Of a stretch of DNA of 12,967 nt, positions 7,508 through 12,967 are shown piece after piece. How positions within the stretch are numbered: the stretch's first letter is position 1; every line of letters begins with the position of its first letter. Location: assembly GCA_036835375.1 (NCBI GenBank), contig DAITMB010000065.1, positions 14,168 through 27,134 of the forward strand, in the 5' to 3' direction. The position numbers and the translations under genes were made by a program. The notes below the pieces were generated by a model. It made no database searches, had not been told where the DNA came from, and saw only the letters and a list, made by a program, of their open reading frames with translations. The stretch is from Bacteroidota bacterium (GTDB lineage: Bacteria; Bacteroidota; Bacteroidia; J057).

Positions 7508-8584
7508 ATGGCTCTTTACTCTGTGATCATCGGCTCAGGCAGCTACTTGCCTACTCGCATCGTCACCAACGAAGATTTTCTGGCTACTTCATTTTTAGAC
7601 CAAGATGGACAAGGATTTCCTAAGACGGCGGAGGAAATCATCCAACGGTTCGAGGAGATCACTACCATCAAGGCGCGGAGATACGTGGACGACGACCAAC
7701 TTTGTTCAGATATCGCGACGCTGGCTGCTCAACAAGCCATCGCCGATGCTGGCATTGACATGGAGACCATCGGTCACATCATTGTGGCCCATAATTGGGG
7801 CGACATCAAGGTTGACAACAAGCGATCGGATCAGGTGCCATCCATTGCTTCCCGGGTGAAATATAATCTCGGGATGGTGAATCCAGATTGTGTCCCCTAC
7901 GACCTGCCGTTCGGCTGTCCGGGATGGGTGCAGGGGATGATTCACGCCAATTACTTTCTCAAGTCAGGAGACGGCACGCGCGCGCTGGTGATTGGGGCAG
8001 AGACCCTTTCTCGCGTGATAGATCCACATGATCGCGACCAAATGATCTATGCTGATGGGGCTGGGGCGGTGATCCTCGAAGCGCGCGAATCAGATAAGCC
8101 GATCGGGATTGTGGCACACAAGACGCGCTCCGATACCAAGGACCACGCATATTTGTTGTGGCAGGCGAGGTCATTTCAGCCAGACCGCCCCGCAGATGAG
8201 TTGTTCCTGAAGATGAATGGCCATTCTCTCTATAAGTACGCCCTCGCGCACGTGCCTGAGGTGGTCAAGACAACCATCGATATGGCAGGGCTTCAACTGA
8301 AAGACATCAGCAAGGTGCTCATCCATCAAGCCAATGCGAAGATGGACGAGGCCATTCTTACCCGCCTGTTTCGGCTATATGGGGAGACTTCGGTGCCAAA
8401 AGCTCTGATGCCGCTCACGGTGGGGTGGCTGGGAAATAGTTCTGTAGCGACGGTCCCTACTTTGTATGACCTCATCATGAAGGGTCAGCTCCAGGATCAG
8501 CACATTCAGGCGGGAGATTGGATCATCTTTGCGTCGGTAGGTGCCGGGATGAACATCAATTCGATTGTGTACCGGATGCCCTAG
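7508..8584 (+). CDS. 3-oxoacyl-ACP synthase III (FabH/KAS III) family condensing enzyme
   Basis: N-terminus LYSVIIGSGSYLPTRIVTNEDF matches FabH (IIGTGSYLP). The putative catalytic Cys is in PFGCPGWVQGM. IYADGAGAVIL corresponds to FabH IFGDGAGAAVL. The HQAN His and the GNSSVATVP Asn complete a Cys-His-Asn triad. Length is 358 aa. No fab or acp neighbours are present. Confidence 0.82.
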   Translation: MALYSVIIGSGSYLPTRIVTNEDFLATSFLDQDGQGFPKTAEEIIQRFEEITTIKARRYVDDDQLCSDIATLAAQQAIADAGIDMETIGHIIVAHNWGDIKVDNKRSDQVPSIASRVKYNLGMVNPDCVPYDLPFGCPGWVQGMIHANYFLKSGDGTRALVIGAETLSRVIDPHDRDQMIYADGAGAVILEARESDKPIGIVAHKTRSDTKDHAYLLWQARSFQPDRPADELFLKMNGHSLYKYALAHVPEVVKTTIDMAGLQLKDISKVLIHQANAKMDEAILTRLFRLYGETSVPKALMPLTVGWLGNSSVATVPTLYDLIMKGQLQDQHIQAGDWIIFASVGAGMNINSIVYRMP

Positions 8585-9186
8585 GGCTCCATGCCCTTTC
8601 GCTGTTCGCGATACCAGACATTGTATGCTTCGATGATGCGCGGCAGATCCGTCGGCTGAAAGAGGTCGTTGCGGATGGCTTGCGCCAGCTCTGTGTATTC
8701 GTCGAGGGCATCGGCAATGCGCTTCCACTTGAAGTTGTAGCTCACTTCGAAGAGCTTGCCATCGGGTTTTTCCAGCAAATCAAAAAAAGCAGGCCCTTTC
8801 TGTAAAGTGAACTCGGATCTGCGGGTATAAAACCGAAAGAGCTTCACAGGTCCATCAATCTTTCGCTGTAAAAACATCACCGTATCCGACAACAATCCCG
8901 CATAGAGAAAAGGCCGGGGTTTGCTCTCGTAATGGCGATCCTGATAGCCAAAGGCGGAGATTCTCTCGGGGGTGTAGCGACTTTTTACGGCATATTCGTC
9001 ATAAAAAACGATGTGTCGCTGATCCTTGAAGTCATTGCCGCTGCGCACATATCCCCAGGTCGTGTCATTATATTGGGAGACGATGTAGCCACGAGGGTAC
9101 TTGGAAGCTTGGCCAGAAGACGACTGCGGAGTGAAGACGCAGAAGCTCAGGAGCAGGAAAATGGGCAGATATCGGTCCGAATTCAT
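8581..9186 (-). CDS. Hypothetical protein with an N-terminal signal peptide (secreted, periplasmic or lipoprotein-like); function unknown
   Basis: Minus-strand ORF 8581..9231. The preferred start is the internal Met at 9186 (MNSDRYLPIFLLLSFCVFTPQSSSGQ...), which gives a signal-peptide-like N-terminus. The body is rich in Y/F/R/K/D, and no family was recognised. The upstream alternative start at 9231 is possible. Its stop overlaps the FabH-like stop at the CTAG 8581-8584. Confidence 0.55.
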   Translation of the reverse strand: MNSDRYLPIFLLLSFCVFTPQSSSGQASKYPRGYIVSQYNDTTWGYVRSGNDFKDQRHIVFYDEYAVKSRYTPERISAFGYQDRHYESKPRPFLYAGLLSDTVMFLQRKIDGPVKLFRFYTRRSEFTLQKGPAFFDLLEKPDGKLFEVSYNFKWKRIADALDEYTELAQAIRNDLFQPTDLPRIIEAYNVWYREQRKGMEP

Positions 9187-9343
9187 AAGATGAATAATAC
9201 AGCTGCTACAAACATCGGGAATGATTCTCATCCATTTGCGGGCCTTTTCTGTGTTTTTGTGGAGGAAACTTTCATTTAGCTATTAGGGCTTTGACTTCGA
9301 ATGTCGGATCTCTTTTTGTCCCATGCGGGGAGCTGTTCTTCCT

Positions 9344-9375
9344 ATTGCAGGTGGAGGGGTACCTTCGTAAATTTG
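9344..9375 (+). promoter_or_regulatory. Candidate Bacteroidota-type promoter for the 9440..10048 gene
   Basis: TAAATTTG at 9368-9375 is an exact TAnnTTTG, with ATTG at 9344-9347 20 nt upstream. The ATG is 65 nt downstream. The element lies in the divergent intergenic region 9187-9439. Confidence 0.3.
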
Positions 9376-9439
9376 AACCATAGATTCCGAAGATTTTCTC
9401 TTTCATTTTTCCTCCTCCCAATTGCCTTAACAGTCTCAC

Positions 9440-10048
9440 ATGGCCAGACGTCCGCTCAAAAAGCTCGAAAAGATTGTTCTCATAGGATTTGGTTTTTTTG
9501 CCTTGATGATGTTTGGTCTTTGGGTCCTAGACAAGCAGCCCAACCGAGCGTATTTTCTGCCCGAAGGCTTCGATGGCTGGGTGACCATTCGCTACGCTGT
9601 ACCAGGTGCTGATCCGATTCCCAGGGTCAATGGCGTGCTGCAGTATGTGATTTCCGAGAGTGGCTACATGGAAACGAGCGACCCCCTTGTAGTAGGCTGG
9701 CGCAGAGATGAGTTTTTCTGGAAAAGAAATGATGGCTCCATCGAAAAAATAGCCCCCTATGTCAAGCTCGACGATGAATATTATCTCCACGTTCATCAGC
9801 ACGCTTACTTTGCCAAAGACTGGACTTCAATCTTACACAGCATGACCGTGGGCAAAGATACCGTCATGCCAGATCAGACGAAGATTTCTAAAACATCTGA
9901 GTCGGATGTGAAGTATGTGACTGGGAAGAAAACGCTGGAATATTTTTACTTCAGTGATGTGCCTCAGTCCATCATGTTCACTCCTCCCAAAAATCCACAA
10001 ATGGAAGGGCTGGAGTCCACAGAAGATCGCTCCATTGCGCAGGATTGA
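9440..10048 (+). CDS. Hypothetical single-pass membrane-anchored protein; function unknown
   Basis: 202-aa ORF. The N-terminus MARRPLKKLEKIVLIGFGFFALMMFGLWVL has a basic stretch followed by a transmembrane helix. The remainder is soluble (...FLPEGFDGWVTIRYAVPGADPIPRVNG...). A TAAATTTG box lies 65 nt upstream. No recognisable family. Confidence 0.55.
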   Translation: MARRPLKKLEKIVLIGFGFFALMMFGLWVLDKQPNRAYFLPEGFDGWVTIRYAVPGADPIPRVNGVLQYVISESGYMETSDPLVVGWRRDEFFWKRNDGSIEKIAPYVKLDDEYYLHVHQHAYFAKDWTSILHSMTVGKDTVMPDQTKISKTSESDVKYVTGKKTLEYFYFSDVPQSIMFTPPKNPQMEGLESTEDRSIAQD

Positions 10049-10137
10049 TCCGGTCTCATTGCTGATATTCGTCCTCTTGTTGTCCAGATTCTTGTTTTCA
10101 GGTCGTTTTGTTCGGCTCACCTTCATCGTGTCTCCCT

Positions 10138-11325
10138 ATGCAGCATGTGGCTCCTCGCATTGACTTCAGCAATACAGAATTGGCGTTTCAGGCGCAGTCA
10201 CCTGCAAAACTCAGGCGTACGTACTGGCTGTTTCGCATGATCGACTCCCCCATCTTGACCAAGATCGGGCCCAAATTGCTTACATTAGGGTTTCGGATGG
10301 GATTGCCTGTCGAAGGACTGGTGAAAAGCACGCTATTTGACTTGTTTGCGGGTGGTGAATCTTTGCCCGAGACGGTACCACGTTCGGAGCATCTGATGAG
10401 CTATGGGGTGCACACCATCCTAGATTACTCCGTCGAAGGAGAGAAATCCGAGGCCGGATTTGAAGCGACCAAGCGCGAAATCTTAGCTACGCTCGACCAT
10501 GGCGCTGCACAGGAGGCCGTGGCCTTCAGTGCGTGCAAGCTCACCGGGCTGGGGTCTTTTGACATTATGGCGAAAGTTCAGGCAGGGGAAAACCTGAGTC
10601 AGGCGGAGCAGGCATCTTTTGAGCGGCTCAAAGGGCGCATTCGCGAGATTGCCCAAGCAGCCTATGACCGCCAAGTGCCGATTTTTTTGGATGCCGAGGA
10701 AACCTGGATTCAGGATGTGATCGACGCTCAGGCGGAAGAGCTCATGGCAACCTATAACCGGGAAAAACCCATCATTTGGACCACCATCCAGCACTATCGG
10801 CACGACCGATTAACCTATTTGAAATCGCTGATTGATCGGAGCAAATCGCAGGGCTACATCTTAGCAGTGAAGCTGGTGCGTGGCGCTTACCTCGAAAAAG
10901 AGAATCGCCGGGCGGAGGAAAAGGGATATCCTACCCCAATGCAAGCGACCAAAGCCGCGACGGATCGCGACTACGATGCGGGGCTGGCGCTTTGTGTCGA
11001 TCACATGGATCACGTCGCTGTGTGTGCAGGCACTCACAACGAGCGCTCCAGTGCCTTTTTGGCCGAACTTCTCCAGCAAAAAGGTATTCCGGCAAATCAC
11101 CCCCATGTATGGTTCGCTCAATTGCTGGGCATGTCGGACCACATTTCCTTCAACCTCGGCCACGAGGGCTACAATGCCGCGAAATATTTGCCCTATGGTC
11201 CAGTTAAGTCAGTGATGCCGTACCTGATTCGTCGGGCGGAAGAAAACACATCGGTAGCGGGTCAGGCCAGCCGTGAGGTAGAATTATTGCGTCAGGAAGT
11301 GAAGCGGCGCAGTGCGCAGCGGTAG
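10138..11325 (+). CDS. putA: Proline dehydrogenase (monofunctional PRODH, PutA catalytic-domain family)
   Basis: From the Met at 10138 the N-terminus reads MQHVAPRIDFSNTELAFQAQSPAKLRRTYWLFRM, typical of Bacteroidota monofunctional PRODH. Conserved motifs are AVKLVRGAYLEKE and VCAGTHNERS. The ORF track begins at 10108, but the alignment-like N-terminus favours 10138. Confidence 0.82.
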   Translation: MQHVAPRIDFSNTELAFQAQSPAKLRRTYWLFRMIDSPILTKIGPKLLTLGFRMGLPVEGLVKSTLFDLFAGGESLPETVPRSEHLMSYGVHTILDYSVEGEKSEAGFEATKREILATLDHGAAQEAVAFSACKLTGLGSFDIMAKVQAGENLSQAEQASFERLKGRIREIAQAAYDRQVPIFLDAEETWIQDVIDAQAEELMATYNREKPIIWTTIQHYRHDRLTYLKSLIDRSKSQGYILAVKLVRGAYLEKENRRAEEKGYPTPMQATKAATDRDYDAGLALCVDHMDHVAVCAGTHNERSSAFLAELLQQKGIPANHPHVWFAQLLGMSDHISFNLGHEGYNAAKYLPYGPVKSVMPYLIRRAEENTSVAGQASREVELLRQEVKRRSAQR

Positions 11326-11371
11326 GAAGAGCTGCAGTCAATGTAAAGATTGACTAGTAAAGGAATAACAC

Positions 11372-11402
11372 ATTGGATATTCGTAAAAAGCTCCTACCTT
11401 TG
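11372..11402 (+). promoter_or_regulatory. Candidate Bacteroidota sigma-A-type promoter for rpsF-rpsR-rplI
   Basis: TACCTTTG at 11395-11402 fits the TAnnTTTG -7 consensus, 22 nt upstream of the rpsF ATG. ATTG sits at 11372-11375, 19 nt upstream, as a partial -33 TTTG. Confidence 0.35.
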
Positions 11403-11423
11403 TAGCCCAATTTAACCAGTACT

Positions 11424-11813
11424 ATGGACATTCAGCCAAAGAAGTTCAAACAGGAGTACGAAACTACGTTCATCCTCCTTCCCGATATGCCTGAGGGTGA
11501 GCATCAACAGGCAGTTGACAAATTTGTCAAAATGATTCAAGACGCCGGTGGCACGATGCGCAACATCGAGCACTGGGGCATTCGCCAGTTGGCCTACCCG
11601 ATTCAGCGGAAGACCAGCGGATATTATGCTTTCTTAGAATTCGAAGCTGACCCTGAGTTCATCTCCAAGCTAGACCAGGCATATCGCTACGACGAGCAGG
11701 TGATCCGTTTTTTGACGGTGAAGCTGGAAAAGCACGCATTTGAGTTCAATCAAAAGCGTCGCGAGCAAGGCTTTGGTCTCCGCAAGGAAGCCAGGGTACA
11801 AAACATCAAATAG
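11424..11813 (+). CDS. rpsF: 30S ribosomal protein S6
   Basis: [64 protein letters not shown] matches the S6 fold signature (..WG.R.LAYPI..). It is followed by rpsR. Confidence 0.95.
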   Translation: MDIQPKKFKQEYETTFILLPDMPEGEHQQAVDKFVKMIQDAGGTMRNIEHWGIRQLAYPIQRKTSGYYAFLEFEADPEFISKLDQAYRYDEQVIRFLTVKLEKHAFEFNQKRREQGFGLRKEARVQNIK

Positions 11814-11898
11814 TGAGAGGAGGGAAACAGGCACTGGTGATCGCCGGGCTATAAGTTCCCTTCACACCCATTCTCCAATTTTTTTCAAAGATCCACAC

Positions 11899-12171
11899 AT
11901 GGCCAAGTCTCCCGTAATTGGACCTACCGCGGTCAATAAGATCCGCACCCAGCACCAAGACAAGAAGTACTGCCGCTTTAAAAAAGCTGGCATTAAGTAC
12001 ATTGACTACAAAGATGGTGACTTCCTTCTCAAGTTCGTGAACGAGCAGGGCAAGGTACTTCCTCGCCGCATCACTGGCACCAGCCTGAAATTTCAGCGTA
12101 GGCTTGCCGTAGCGATCAAGCGTGCACGCCACCTCGCATTGTTGCCATTCGTTACCGATGGCTTACGTTAA
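11899..12171 (+). CDS. rpsR: 30S ribosomal protein S18
   Basis: From the ATG at 11899: [85 protein letters not shown]. This is the canonical S18 of the Bacteroidota type. The ORF track starts at 11740, inside rpsF, which is an artefact of the open frame. Confidence 0.93.
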   Translation: MAKSPVIGPTAVNKIRTQHQDKKYCRFKKAGIKYIDYKDGDFLLKFVNEQGKVLPRRITGTSLKFQRRLAVAIKRARHLALLPFVTDGLR

Positions 12172-12228
12172 TCTGGGCTGATACATCACTTTGCGGCGCG
12201 AGCCGCTCCACGTTCAACTGAGAGAACA

Positions 12229-12675
12229 ATGGAAATCATTCTGAAACAACCGATTCGCAATCTCGGCGACAAAGACGACGTGGTGAAGGTAAAGCCCGGA
12301 TTTGCGCGCAACTACCTGATCCCTCAAGGTCTGGCCGTCATGGCTACTGCCTCTGCTAAGAAGGCTTTGGCAGATACCAAGCGCCAAGCATCTCACAAAG
12401 TAGAATTTGTGAAACAGCAGGCCACAGAAGAAGCTGCCAAGCTCACCGCCGCCAAAATCATCATCGAGACCCTCGCTGGAAATGATGGAAAGCTTTTTGG
12501 CTCTGTCACTACGTTGATGATCGCCACCAAGCTCAAAGAGCAAGGCTTTGACATCGACCGTAAGTCTATCACCATTGAAGATATTCGCTCAACTGGCGAA
12601 TACACTGCGGTGATTCACCTCCACAAAGAGGTCAAAGCAGAAGTGCCCGTAGAAGTGGTGAGCCGCGAGAACTAA
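12229..12675 (+). CDS. rplI: 50S ribosomal protein L9
   Basis: MEIILKQPIRNLGDKDDVVKVKPGFARNYLIPQGLAV...DGKLFGSVTT...TGEYTAVIHLHKEVKAEV matches the L9 N- and C-domain signatures (..V.NLG..GD.V.VK.GYARNFL.PQG.A....GKLFGS). Confidence 0.93.
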   Translation: MEIILKQPIRNLGDKDDVVKVKPGFARNYLIPQGLAVMATASAKKALADTKRQASHKVEFVKQQATEEAAKLTAAKIIIETLAGNDGKLFGSVTTLMIATKLKEQGFDIDRKSITIEDIRSTGEYTAVIHLHKEVKAEVPVEVVSREN

Positions 12676-12701
12676 TCTCCGGCTGGTCAACACAACATCA
12701 T

Positions 12702-12742
12702 AGCAGGGAGTTTGCCGAAGGCAGACTCCCTGCTTGTGGTTA
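12702..12742 (+). terminator. Rho-independent terminator candidate for the rpsF-rpsR-rplI transcript
   Basis: Perfect 10-bp stem AGCAGGGAGT (12702-12711) / ACTCCCTGCT (12725-12734). The loop can extend the stem (TGCC-GAA-GGCA). It is followed by TTGTGGTT, 27 nt after the rplI stop. The U-tract is weak, interrupted by G. Confidence 0.5.
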
Positions 12743-12792
12743 AAAAACGCCTTGCACGGTTTCTGTCGATATACGAAATTTTGATACCCAGA

Positions 12793-12824
12793 CACGAAAA
12801 AGGCTGCCCCAAAGGGGACAGCCT
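12793..12824 (-). terminator. Rho-independent terminator candidate oriented for a minus-strand transcript entering from the right edge
   Basis: GC-rich hairpin AGGCTGCCCC (12801-12810) / GGGGaCAGCCT (12814-12824) with an AAA loop and one bulged A. On the minus strand it is followed by TTTTTCGTGTC (plus-strand 12791-12800, GACACGAAAA). On the plus strand it has no T tail. Confidence 0.45.
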
Positions 12825-12967
12825 TAACAGCCATGAAAACGCCCTAAAACAGAATGGGCTATCAACTCTTGCGTAGCTGAGATTGAATGCCCGTTCAGTT
12901 TTGTTAAGATAATGTTAGTGAAAAGTTGTGGGAATACCAGCGAAAAGTGAAAGTAAAATCAAAAAAA

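Noticed and set aside
7399-7623. 74-aa ORF spanning the intergenic region and the FabH-like start
   Set aside because: It overlaps the strongly supported FabH-like N-terminus out of frame and has no motif support. The AT-rich intergenic sequence is better explained as a promoter region.
8518-9279. Plus-strand ORFs 8518..8805 and 8932..9279 opposite the minus-strand secreted-protein gene
   Set aside because: They are mutually exclusive with the minus-strand ORF, which has a convincing signal peptide, and they have no features of their own.
10108-10137. Earlier ATG (10108) for proline dehydrogenase
   Set aside because: The Met at 10138 yields the N-terminus 'MQHVAPRIDFSNTELAF', typical for monofunctional PRODH. 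The 10-codon extension adds a non-conserved 'MFGSPSSCLP'.
1-12967. Search for CRISPR repeats, IS/transposase or integrase genes, tRNA T-loop motifs (GGTTCGAATCC-like), or an obvious GC shift marking a horizontally acquired island
   Set aside because: No regularly spaced direct repeats, no transposase or integrase-like ORFs, and no tRNA-like motifs were found. Composition of the flotillin-ATPase cassette looks similar to the ribosomal genes, so there is no sequence-intrinsic evidence of recent horizontal transfer.

Overview
This 12.97-kb window looks like a Bacteroidota-type chromosomal region. The support is: no Shine-Dalgarno sequence ahead of any gene, TAnnTTTG -7-like boxes preceded by ATTG about 20 nt upstream at two promoters, an rpsF-rpsR-rplI operon with no priB/ssb between rpsF and rpsR, and an S18 N-terminus of the '[18 protein letters not shown]' type. 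Overall GC is about 55% by eye. Nine complete genes and one 3' gene fragment are supported. In order they are: (1) a 31-codon 3' end of an upstream gene; (2) a membrane-anchored SPFH/flotillin (YqiK-family) protein with an unusually long E/K/R/A-rich coiled coil; (3) 48 bp downstream, a giant 1605-aa protein whose C-terminal third is a clear AAA_5 (MoxR/dynein-related) AAA+ ATPase domain, preceded by about 480 aa of beta-rich sequence and about 700 aa of coiled-coil or helical sequence; (4) an orphan FabH-like KAS III (3-oxoacyl-ACP synthase III family) enzyme with an intact Cys-His-Asn triad; (5) a convergent hypothetical secreted protein whose stop shares a palindromic CTAG with the FabH-like stop; (6) a divergently transcribed hypothetical membrane-anchored protein; (7) a monofunctional proline dehydrogenase; (8-10) rpsF, rpsR and rplI, followed by two opposed terminator hairpins. 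No rRNA, tRNA, CRISPR array, IS element or integrase was detected. The most interesting candidate is the flotillin plus giant AAA_5-ATPase two-gene cassette. It is architecturally analogous to the established SPFH-AAA+ partnerships (HflK/C-FtsH, prohibitin-m-AAA) but is built from different SPFH and AAA+ clades and has no recognizable protease or VWA domain. Its ATPase has a variant Walker-B/sensor segment ('DDIQHL' where MoxR has 'DEINRA'), and the gene carries an in-frame G8 homopolymer. I could not run searches, so family assignments rest on motif recognition in the translated ORFs and remain to be confirmed.
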